From Denitrobacterium detoxificans (lineage in GTDB: Bacteria; Actinomycetota; Coriobacteriia; Coriobacteriales; Eggerthellaceae): DNA of 64,000 bases. The stretch is taken from NCBI RefSeq assembly GCF_015062615.1, contig NZ_SUUH01000005.1:16061-80060 (forward strand). Reading direction: 5' to 3'. Positions 27,906 through 36,223 of the stretch are shown here, one piece after another (within the stretch, counting starts at the first letter, position 1; every line of letters starts with the position of its first letter). A program made the translations under genes and the position numbers. The notes below the pieces were generated by a model that saw only the letters and a program-made list of their open reading frames with translations, did not search any database and had not been told where the DNA came from.

Positions 27906-30671
27906 TTACAGTGCTCCTTGTACTTTCAAAGCAGTGCTTAACACATTATTTGCTCGCGTTGCAGCATTCGTAGAGCCATCGTTTTCTTCGAGAACAATGG
28001 CGATGACGACTTTGCAATCCTCGGTGGGGCCCATGCCGACGAACCAGCTGTTGTCGAGTTCCTTGTCGGTTTGGGCCGTGCCCGTCTTGCCCGCGATGTT
28101 CACGCCCGAGATAGCGGCGCCCTTGCCGGTTCCGCTTTCCACAACGCCCTGCAGCACTTCCAGCACGCGATCGGCGGTGCTGGTGGACATGACGTTGGCG
28201 TATACGGTGGGCGAGGTTTCGCTCGCCTTCTCGCCTTCGGCGTTGTACACGCTATCTACCAGGTATGGCTGCATGATGGTGCCGCCGTTGGCAATGGCTG
28301 CACCCACCATGGCCATCTGCAGGACGGTTGCCTGCGGGCCAGCGGCGCTCTCGTGCTCGCCTACGGGCTGCCCAACTGCGGCCCATGCGGTTTCCCACGT
28401 GGTCATTTCGCTGGGGTCGGGCATGAGCGACATGGAGAGCGGAAGCTCGAAGGCGGTGGTGTTGTTGAACCCGTACTGTTCGGCGCTACGCACCAGCAAT
28501 TCGGGGCCAATCTGAACACCTACCTGGCCAAATACGGTATTGCTGGAGACTTCGGTGGCGCGGGCGAGGGTAATTTCGCCGTAGCTGGTGTCATCGAAGT
28601 TGGTAACGGGCGCATTGCCGATGTCCATGCTGCCCGGGGCGTCGTACACGGTGTCCTCGCTGGCGATGCCATTTTGCAGGGCCGTGGCAAGCGTGAGCAT
28701 CTTGAACGTGGAGCCGGGGGCGTACAACGCCTGGGTGGCACGGTTGTAGAGCGCATCGCTGGAAGACGAATCGGTGCTGTTGGAAAGCAGGCTCTCGAAT
28801 TCCGCGGCGTCGTAGGTGGGTGAGGAGGCCAGTGCCAGCACGGCGCCCGTTTCGGGGTCGAGCACGACGCAGGCACCCGAATAGCCATCGAGCGCGTCTT
28901 GCGCGGCCTGCTGAATCTCGGAATTGATGGTGAGTTTCACATCGTTGCCGCTCGTGGAGATGCCTGCGTAGTTGTTGATGACATCGGTCCAGGTGGCAAA
29001 GTCGGTGCTGCCGGAAAGCGTGTCGTTGCAAGCGCTTTCGATGCCGCTCGTGCCGTATTTCGTGCTGGAATAGCCCACCACGTGCGAAGCCAGAACGCCA
29101 GCAGGGTAAATGCGCGTGTACGTGCCGTCTTCGTTCTGGATGCTCTGCGCCAGCACCACGCCATCGCTCGTGGAAATGGTGCCGCGTTCGCGCGTGGCTT
29201 CCTTGGCCGTGGTGTGGTTGTTCGTGGAAAGGTTCTGATAGTAGTCGGCATTGACTACCATGAGCAGCGTGAGGTTGGCGACCAGCACGGCGAACATGAG
29301 GCAGATGACGATCATGAGGCCCGTGAGGCGCTTGCCCAGGGCTACGCGACCCAGCACGCCCGTTTGCGCGTGAGCAGAACCGCCGATGGCGCCGGTCATT
29401 TCGCGACCCACGCCCGTGGCCTCGTCGCCGCATTTCAGAAGCATGCCTACGGCGATGAAGCTTGCCAGCAGCGAAGAGCCGCCCTGGCTGATGAAGGGGA
29501 GCGTAAGGCCCGTAAGCGGGATGAGACGCGTAACGCCGCTGACGATGATGAATGCCTGAAGCACGATGGAGGCGGTGAGGCCCGTGGCGATGAACGAGCT
29601 TACGTCGCTCTTGGCACGTGCGGCGGTCACGATGCCGCGTACGGCGAACGCCACGAATAGCAGCAGCACGCCAGCGGCGCCCAGAAGGCCCGCTTCCTCG
29701 CAGATGGCGGCAAAGATGTAGTCGCTTTCCACGACGGGGATCTTGTCGCACAGACCGTTGCCGATGCCCACGCCGAAGATGCCGCCGTCGGCCATGGAGT
29801 AGATGGCCTGGCAGAGCTGGTAGCCCGTGCCCTGCGCATCGGCGAAGGGATCGAGCCACGTGCTCACGCGAATCTGCACGTGCGAGAACGCGCTGTAGGC
29901 GAACACGCCGCCGATGGCCAGCAGGATGATGGCTACGGCAATGTAGACGCGCTTGCCCGTTGTTACGTAGAGCATGGTAAGGAACACGAAGAAGACGACC
30001 AGGGCGCTACCCAGGTCCTTCTCGAAGATGACGACGATGAGCGCCAGGCCCCATACCAATAGCATGGGCAGCAGCGTGCGGATGTCGGGTAGGCGCAGCG
30101 GCCCCAGGCGCAGCGTGAAGACGGAGAGCATCTCGCGGTTCGCCGCAAGGTAGCCCGCAAGGAACAAGACGATGAGGATCTTCGCTATTTCGCCAGGCTG
30201 GAAGCTGAACGAGCCCAGAGAGAGCCAGATGCGGCTACCGGAGATTTCGGTGCCGACGCCCGGCAGCATAGGCGAGAGCAGCAGTAGTATGCCGAAGATC
30301 ATGAGCGTGTACTTGTAATTGGCTGTATGATCGATGTTCTTCATGAACACGAGCACGCCAATCATGCACACGATACCCAGGAACAGCCACATGACCTGGC
30401 GAATTGCCATATCGGGCGCCAGGCGCGTAATGAAGGCGATGCCAATGCCCGAAAGCGCGAACGCAATGGGCAGGATGGCCGGGTCGGCTGCGGGCGCCCA
30501 CTTGCGCACGGCCAGATGGGCTATGGCAAAGGAGCCGAATATGCCCAGGGGAACGCCGAGCGTTTCCATGCTGAGCGTTTGGCCCTCGTTCATGACGATC
30601 ATGGCGTAGAGCAGAATGACGATGGGCGCCGCAATGAGCAGCAGCAGGAGTTCGGTGTTGCGGCGCGTCAT
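27906..30671 (-). CDS. fused SEDS glycosyltransferase (RodA/FtsW) and class B penicillin-binding protein transpeptidase
   Basis: Single 921-aa ORF. N-terminal about 420 aa is a polytopic FtsW/RodA-like region. The C-terminal part has STFK, SSN and KTGT motifs. Confidence 0.9.
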   Translation of the reverse strand: MTRRNTELLLLLIAAPIVILLYAMIVMNEGQTLSMETLGVPLGIFGSFAIAHLAVRKWAPAADPAILPIAFALSGIGIAFITRLAPDMAIRQVMWLFLGIVCMIGVLVFMKNIDHTANYKYTLMIFGILLLLSPMLPGVGTEISGSRIWLSLGSFSFQPGEIAKILIVLFLAGYLAANREMLSVFTLRLGPLRLPDIRTLLPMLLVWGLALIVVIFEKDLGSALVVFFVFLTMLYVTTGKRVYIAVAIILLAIGGVFAYSAFSHVQIRVSTWLDPFADAQGTGYQLCQAIYSMADGGIFGVGIGNGLCDKIPVVESDYIFAAICEEAGLLGAAGVLLLFVAFAVRGIVTAARAKSDVSSFIATGLTASIVLQAFIIVSGVTRLIPLTGLTLPFISQGGSSLLASFIAVGMLLKCGDEATGVGREMTGAIGGSAHAQTGVLGRVALGKRLTGLMIVICLMFAVLVANLTLLMVVNADYYQNLSTNNHTTAKEATRERGTISTSDGVVLAQSIQNEDGTYTRIYPAGVLASHVVGYSSTKYGTSGIESACNDTLSGSTDFATWTDVINNYAGISTSGNDVKLTINSEIQQAAQDALDGYSGACVVLDPETGAVLALASSPTYDAAEFESLLSNSTDSSSSDALYNRATQALYAPGSTFKMLTLATALQNGIASEDTVYDAPGSMDIGNAPVTNFDDTSYGEITLARATEVSSNTVFGQVGVQIGPELLVRSAEQYGFNNTTAFELPLSMSLMPDPSEMTTWETAWAAVGQPVGEHESAAGPQATVLQMAMVGAAIANGGTIMQPYLVDSVYNAEGEKASETSPTVYANVMSTSTADRVLEVLQGVVESGTGKGAAISGVNIAGKTGTAQTDKELDNSWFVGMGPTEDCKVVIAIVLEENDGSTNAATRANNVLSTALKVQGAL

Positions 30672-31903
30672 TAGGCAACACCCTCTTGGGAATCAGATGC
30701 GCTCGCGCTTGCAGTGCTGCTAGCTTCCTCGGTTTCGGAGGTGCCCTCAGCCGATTCGCTCGAGGTGTCTTCCGTGCTTTCGGAAGACTCGCTCGAGGCG
30801 CTTGCAGATGCCGCCTTCGATTCCTCGATGTACTCCTCGTAGGTATCGACCAGCTGATTTGCCTTGTCGAGGTTGTCGACGCGAATGACGCCTTCGGAAA
30901 GGCGATTGGCTACGCCGGGTTCCAGGTCACTTACTTCCACGCTGGTCACATGGTCGAGATGCGATAGGGAAACGCCCAATACGGAATCGGGCACGCCTTG
31001 GTAGACGGCGACCTTGCCGTCCTGCGATGCCAGATAGGCGCATGTTTGCGTGTAATGGTATGCGCCGTAGCAAATGCCCAGCACGGTGGCGAGGATGGCA
31101 AGCACGATGACGATCGCCCAGGCACGCCCGCGGCGACGCGTCTTTTTTACGCGCTGCTCTTCGTTGCCTTCCACGTCGACCACCACGACAGTGATGTTGT
31201 CTTGCCCGCCTGCGGCGATGGCTTCGTTCACCAAGATGCTGGCGCAACGTTGCGGGTCGCGCGTGCGCATGAGAATAGTCTCGATTTCGCTATCCTCGAG
31301 CATGCCCGTAAGGCCGTCGGAACATAGCAGCAGGCGATCGCCCGTGCAGACGTCGAGTTCGTATAGGTCGGGCTGCATGGAGGGGTCGCTGCCCAATGCG
31401 CGCGTGATGATGGAGCGCTTGGGGTGGACGCGGGCTTCCTCGGGGGTGATCTCGCCAGCTTCGATCATGTCGGCCATAAGGCTATGGTCGCGCGTGAGCT
31501 GTTGCATCTGCCCCTGGTGGAGCAGATATGCTCGGCTGTCGCCTACCTGGGCGATAGCAAGGCGTTCCCCGCGCAGTACGGCGGCTGTCATGGTGGTGCC
31601 CATGCCCGAGCGGCCCTTTTCTTGGGCTGCGTTGATGACAGCGTAGTTGGCGGTGATTACGGCGTTGCCCAGCGCTTCCGTGTCGGCTTCGCTGGGAGCC
31701 TGCCTGGCCAGCGTGCGAACGGCGATTTCGCTCGCCACTTCGCCAGCGGCATGGCCGCCCATTCCATCGGCCACAGCATAGAGGGGCGGGGCCACGATAA
31801 GGCTGTCTTCGTTGTGCTCGCGAACGCAGCCGATATCGGTGCGGCTGCCGAATTTCGCGGAAGGGGCGCGTCGTACCTGCGCCTGAGTGCGTGCGGCCGC
31901 CAT
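30671..31903 (-). CDS. pstP: PP2C-family Ser/Thr phosphatase (PstP-like) with TM and extracellular acidic Ser-rich tail
   Basis: GMGGHAAGEVAS and LLCSDGL motifs. TAATG overlap with the downstream gene. Confidence 0.92.
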   Translation of the reverse strand: MAAARTQAQVRRAPSAKFGSRTDIGCVREHNEDSLIVAPPLYAVADGMGGHAAGEVASEIAVRTLARQAPSEADTEALGNAVITANYAVINAAQEKGRSGMGTTMTAAVLRGERLAIAQVGDSRAYLLHQGQMQQLTRDHSLMADMIEAGEITPEEARVHPKRSIITRALGSDPSMQPDLYELDVCTGDRLLLCSDGLTGMLEDSEIETILMRTRDPQRCASILVNEAIAAGGQDNITVVVVDVEGNEEQRVKKTRRRGRAWAIVIVLAILATVLGICYGAYHYTQTCAYLASQDGKVAVYQGVPDSVLGVSLSHLDHVTSVEVSDLEPGVANRLSEGVIRVDNLDKANQLVDTYEEYIEESKAASASASSESSESTEDTSSESAEGTSETEEASSTASASASDSQEGVA

Positions 31904-32316
31904 TATGCGAACCTCGCCCTCATTACCACGTCGCCAATGGTGACCGTGTCCTTGTCGCGCAGGGCGGTGGGCTCGAAGATGCGGTGCCCGTTAACCGTGG
32001 TGCCGTTGGTGCTGCCAAGGTCTTCCACGAACAGGTTCTGGCCCATGAGGGTGAAGCGCGCGTGGCGCCCGGAAACGTATCCTGCGCCAATGACGATGTC
32101 GGCTCCGGGGTTGCGGCCTACGATAACGGGGCCGTGTACGGCGATTTGCACGCCGCGCAGTTCCTTCGGGCCGCGCTCGACGGCGATCGTCCAGGATTTT
32201 TCCTTCTTGCGCTGCCCGCGCACCAGGCCAATGCCCGTTTTCATGATGGCGAACAGGAACAGATACAGGAGCGCCACGAAAAGAAGGCGCCCGACGAGCA
32301 GAGTCACGTTGATCAA
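31903..32316 (-). CDS. fhaB: FHA-domain protein (FhaB/FipA-like) with N-terminal TM segment
   Basis: GRNPGADIVI..SGRHARF..DLGSTNGTTVNG. Confidence 0.9.
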   Translation of the reverse strand: MINVTLLVGRLLFVALLYLFLFAIMKTGIGLVRGQRKKEKSWTIAVERGPKELRGVQIAVHGPVIVGRNPGADIVIGAGYVSGRHARFTLMGQNLFVEDLGSTNGTTVNGHRIFEPTALRDKDTVTIGDVVMRARFA

Positions 32317-32331
32317 GGATGATCCCTTCGT

Positions 32332-33516
32332 TTAGTTCTGCGTGAACATGAGGTCGGTCATGCCCAGGGAAATGCGGTCGCCTTCGTAGAGCGGCTGCGA
32401 GGTGATGCGCTGGCCGTTCACGTAGGTGCCGTTGGTGCTGCCAAGGTCGGTAATGGTCCATACTCCGTTGCCATCGCAGGTGAATTCCGCGTGGCTGCGG
32501 CTGGCGTTGATGTCGTCGACTACGATGCCGCAGCCGCTGCTGCGGCCCATGACCATGCGCGATACGGTGAGCGCATAGGCGCGGCCGGTTGCCGTGTTCA
32601 CCAGGCGTGCGGGGTAGACCGCCGCCGCGGGCGAGGCGTCGTTGAACGTGCGCGTTGCGGGAGCCTGCATGGGCTGCTGGCGCGCAGGTGCGGGAGCGGG
32701 CGTGGGGCGTGCTGGGGCGCCGAAGCCTGCGAACTGGTCTTCCTCGGGGAAGCCGCCTGCGTATGCGGGGTCGAGCGGCTGGGAGGTGCGACGGCCGTAT
32801 CCTTCGCGACCCTGGGCGGAAGGCGTGTAGGCTGCGCCGTTTTCCTCGTAGTTTTCGAAATCCTGGCTATTGAAGGTGTACTCGCCGTAGTCGATGGAAC
32901 GGTCGATTTCCTCTTCCGGCACGTAGGGAAGCGGTTCCTTGTGCGGAGGCTGCGCCATGGGCGGCTCTGCCGCATAGCCGCCACCAGCGGGAGCGTATGC
33001 TTGCTGCTGCTGGTAGGGGGCGTCGTAGCCCATCTGCGGGCCGCGCTGGGGAGCGTATGCCTGCTGCGGCGCGTAGCCTCCCATCTGGGGGCCACCTGCC
33101 AGGCCGTAACGCGCCATTTCCTCTTGGCGAAGCTGCGAGATGATGGGTGCCGAGACCATTTCGGCGATGACGTCGAACTTGCCGTGACGCAGCTCCTCGT
33201 CAACGATGAAGCGCACGAGCGGCTGGCCGTCCATGACCAGGCCGTTCTCGTTGGCCTTAGCGGCCAGGTACGTTTCGGTTTCGCCTGCCAGCGTGGGGTA
33301 GTACCCGAATAGGCGCTGGTCGTCGTCGGGGTTCACCAGGATGGTATACAGCGTGGGGGCGTATTGGCGGCCTGCGCCGACCATCTTTTCGCGGCGCATT
33401 GCCTTTTCGGCCTTTTTCGCTATCTGAACAGGAGAGATCGGGGCGTCGAACATCTTGTTCGCGGCGCCTTCCAGGCCGTCTTCCACATGGCCTTCGAATC
33501 GCGAGAATATGCCCAT
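32332..33516 (-). CDS. fhaA: FhaA-like protein (DUF3662-type N-domain, Pro/Gln-rich linker, C-terminal FHA)
   Basis: AAGGAG RBS; N-terminus MGIFSRFEGHVEDG..; C-terminal FHA GRSSGCGIVVDD..SRSHAEF..DLGSTNGTYVNG. Confidence 0.9.
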   Translation of the reverse strand: MGIFSRFEGHVEDGLEGAANKMFDAPISPVQIAKKAEKAMRREKMVGAGRQYAPTLYTILVNPDDDQRLFGYYPTLAGETETYLAAKANENGLVMDGQPLVRFIVDEELRHGKFDVIAEMVSAPIISQLRQEEMARYGLAGGPQMGGYAPQQAYAPQRGPQMGYDAPYQQQQAYAPAGGGYAAEPPMAQPPHKEPLPYVPEEEIDRSIDYGEYTFNSQDFENYEENGAAYTPSAQGREGYGRRTSQPLDPAYAGGFPEEDQFAGFGAPARPTPAPAPARQQPMQAPATRTFNDASPAAAVYPARLVNTATGRAYALTVSRMVMGRSSGCGIVVDDINASRSHAEFTCDGNGVWTITDLGSTNGTYVNGQRITSQPLYEGDRISLGMTDLMFTQN

Positions 33517-33622
33517 GAGTGCTCCTTGTATGCTTCGTTACTGGGTACTTAGTATACGGAGTCTATATTGCCACAAAAGGGTATCAGCGGGGCATTTTCA
33601 ATGTAACTTACACGGGCGCGCG

Positions 33623-33660
33623 GCTGGCGAGACGAGACGGCCTCCGCTCGTCTCGCCAGC
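33623..33660 (-). terminator. long GC hairpin without U-tract (I-shaped terminator candidate) after the 823-aa gene
   Basis: 14-bp perfect stem GCTGGCGAGACGAG/CTCGTCTCGCCAGC, 10 nt downstream of the stop. Confidence 0.45.
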
Positions 33661-33669
33661 GTTGGCCCA

Positions 33670-36141
33670 TTACGCGCCGTACCAGCCTATGCCCTCGTAG
33701 TTCCACCCGAGTTCGACGAGGTTGTTGGCTTCTGCCGCGCTCGTCGTGTAGTGGTGCGATCCGGTTTTGGCATTAGGGTTGTACAGGCGGTATAGGGGCG
33801 TCGTCTTATTTTCGTCGGAATACCAGCCTATGCCCTCGTAATTCCAGCCAAGGCTTACGAGCCAGTCCCGCTCCGATGCGCTCGCGGTGTAGTGGTGGTC
33901 TCCTCCGTTGGGGTTGTACAGGCGATAGACGGCGTTTCCGCTTTGGGGCGCTTGCCAGCCTATTCCTTCGTCCGTCCACCCCAGTTTCACGAGATGTGCC
34001 TGCTCTTCTGCGCTGGCAGTGTAGAAATGTTCGCCGGAATTGGGGTTGTACAGGCGATACATGGCAACGGTGCTCGTTGCGGAGCTCTGGTCGGAGTTCG
34101 TTTCCTCCGTGGTGCCGCCGGAGTTGCTTTCCCCGTCTGTCGCGTCTTGGCCCTGGGAGTCATTTCCGGTGCTTCCGGAGGACGTACCTTGGCTGGTGAC
34201 GCTCGCGAGCGTGTAGTTCGTGCCGCTCGCTAGCTCGGGTGATGAGTAGATGAGGTAGCTTGCGGAGCCCTTTGCCGTGTAGGTGCTCAATGGCGTGGAC
34301 GAATCATTCGCCGCATATATGCCAACGGTGTCGCCGGATGAAATACTCACGCTTCCCGAGCTCGTTCGTGGCGTGCTGCCCGAGGGCGTTTGCGCCGTTG
34401 CCGTTGCGTTGAGCGTGCTCGATTGGGTGCTGAGGGAAGAATCATCATCCGACGTGAAGGGCCTGAAGCCTCCGCCTGGAGTTCCCCCAGGGGTGCCGCC
34501 GGGAGTTCCGCCGCCGTTTCCGCCCCCGAACATCACGTAGGCTTGCGACCCGGACGTGGGCGTTACGGACATGCTGCTTCCGAATGCGGCAAGGGTACCG
34601 CCCGTTTGCGTCCAGCCATCGCTGTTCAGGTCGCCGTAATCGACTGCGCCGTTGTCGTTCGAACCTGCGTATACCTCGACGGTTCCTCCGCTCATGATGA
34701 TGCTTCCGTTGGAATCGAGCCCGTCGCCGCCAGACGCCCGGTTTCCCTCGTCATCGGTTCCCGTAGCCGTGGCGTTAACGAGGATGCTTCCTCCCTCTAT
34801 GGTGAGCAGGAAGGGGTATGCGTTGGAATTGCTTCCCAGCGTGGAATTGGCGGCGTTAATGCCATCGTCGCTGGTATATAGGTCGATGGCGCCCGAATAG
34901 ACGGACACGGTGGCCCCTTCGAGCCCTTCAAGCGCATAGCCTATTGTGATGGCGGGCTCTTCGGTTGCCTGGTTGGTTGACCCTATGACGAGGTCAACGT
35001 CGGCGTGAATGCCGTCATCATCGGAGGATGCGTTTATGGAGCCGCCCGAAATGGTTACCATGCCGCTTCCGTCGGACGCGATGGTGGTGGAGGTTCCGCT
35101 GGTGATTTCGGTGGCATTCGCGTGTATGGCGTCGTCTGCGCAATTGAGCGTGATGTCGCCATCGTTTATGGTAATCGCATGGTCGCTCTTCAGGCCCTTG
35201 GCCGATTGCGTGTCCGACGCGTCATCGGGGTCCGCGGGCAAGTCGTTTCCAACTTTGTTCGATCCACCGAACGTGGTTATGTCGATGTTTCCTCCTGTGA
35301 CGACGAGGTCTCCGGTGGCCTGAATGCCATCCCCGGTTGTGTCGCCTGTGCCCGTTTCTATGGAAATAGTGCCGCCGCTAATGGTAACGGTACCGTATGA
35401 TTCGCCGTCTACGCTGTTCAGGCCATTGTAGGTGTCGGCCTGAATGCCGTCTCCCGCGCTCTGGATATCTATGTCGCCGCCATTGATGGTTATGGTGCCG
35501 CGGCTGCTTGTATCCGTTTCGTCGGGCGCCGCCTTTATACCGTCGTTGCCCGCTTCTATGCTTATGGTGCCGCCGTTGATGACGACGCTGCCGTCGCTCG
35601 CAATGCCGTTGTTTGCGGCTTCGATGGCGAGGGAGAAATTGTTCTCCGCGTTGGTGTCGCCGCCAATCGTGACCGTTGCGTCCGTGGCTCCCTTGATGGC
35701 GTTTTTACCCGCACTTGTTGCGGTAAGCGTATTGTCGTTTTCGCTTTGTCCCACGATGGTGAGGGACGAGCCCGATTTCGCCTTGATTGCCGCACTGCCG
35801 GTAACGGTGTCGTTATTGGCGATAGTACTCGCTCCGTCTGTCACGATGGTAACCGATGCGTTTTTGCCAATCGTAATGGTGTCGGTTCCATCGGCGCTGG
35901 TAGCCAGCGAGAGATCGTCTAAGATGAGCGTGACCTCAAGCCCTTTGGCAATGTTGACGGTGCCTTCGCTGCACGAACCCGATAGGGTGTACGTTCCGTC
36001 CTCCGTGATTTCCAAAGAGGAGTTTTCTTCGGAAAACGTAAAGGCCGTGCTGCTCGAGTCGAGTGCAAGAGCGTAGGAAGGTGCAATGCCCAGCGCTAAT
36101 GCGCATGCGATTCCGAATGTGATGGGTGTCTTTGCACGCAT
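33670..36141 (-). CDS. secreted beta-helix (Cthe_2159-like carbohydrate-binding family) protein with three C-terminal DUF5648-like wall repeats
   Basis: Signal peptide MRAKTPITFGIACALALGIAPSYALA. Repeated ..GG.I.I.aGdDGI.A.. units, GGTPGGTPGGTPGG linker, three YRLYNPN..GW..EGIGW repeats. Confidence 0.85.
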   Translation of the reverse strand: MRAKTPITFGIACALALGIAPSYALALDSSSTAFTFSEENSSLEITEDGTYTLSGSCSEGTVNIAKGLEVTLILDDLSLATSADGTDTITIGKNASVTIVTDGASTIANNDTVTGSAAIKAKSGSSLTIVGQSENDNTLTATSAGKNAIKGATDATVTIGGDTNAENNFSLAIEAANNGIASDGSVVINGGTISIEAGNDGIKAAPDETDTSSRGTITINGGDIDIQSAGDGIQADTYNGLNSVDGESYGTVTISGGTISIETGTGDTTGDGIQATGDLVVTGGNIDITTFGGSNKVGNDLPADPDDASDTQSAKGLKSDHAITINDGDITLNCADDAIHANATEITSGTSTTIASDGSGMVTISGGSINASSDDDGIHADVDLVIGSTNQATEEPAITIGYALEGLEGATVSVYSGAIDLYTSDDGINAANSTLGSNSNAYPFLLTIEGGSILVNATATGTDDEGNRASGGDGLDSNGSIIMSGGTVEVYAGSNDNGAVDYGDLNSDGWTQTGGTLAAFGSSMSVTPTSGSQAYVMFGGGNGGGTPGGTPGGTPGGGFRPFTSDDDSSLSTQSSTLNATATAQTPSGSTPRTSSGSVSISSGDTVGIYAANDSSTPLSTYTAKGSASYLIYSSPELASGTNYTLASVTSQGTSSGSTGNDSQGQDATDGESNSGGTTEETNSDQSSATSTVAMYRLYNPNSGEHFYTASAEEQAHLVKLGWTDEGIGWQAPQSGNAVYRLYNPNGGDHHYTASASERDWLVSLGWNYEGIGWYSDENKTTPLYRLYNPNAKTGSHHYTTSAAEANNLVELGWNYEGIGWYGA

Positions 36142-36223
36142 GGTTGTCCCCTTTCCCTGTATGGATGAGGAGATTGTCCCATGCGAAGCTTAAATGAGAC
36201 TTAAATGATGGCAAATGCGCTCG

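Noticed and set aside
28591-29859. 422-aa Arg/His-rich ORF and other alternative-frame ORFs inside the rodA/pbpA fusion. Similar ones overlap the membrane kinase (36201-37112, 36725-38119) and the ABC transporter genes (20797-21786, 20963-22051).
   Set aside because: They are same-locus alternative frames with extreme Arg/Pro/His composition. The primary frames carry complete catalytic motifs.
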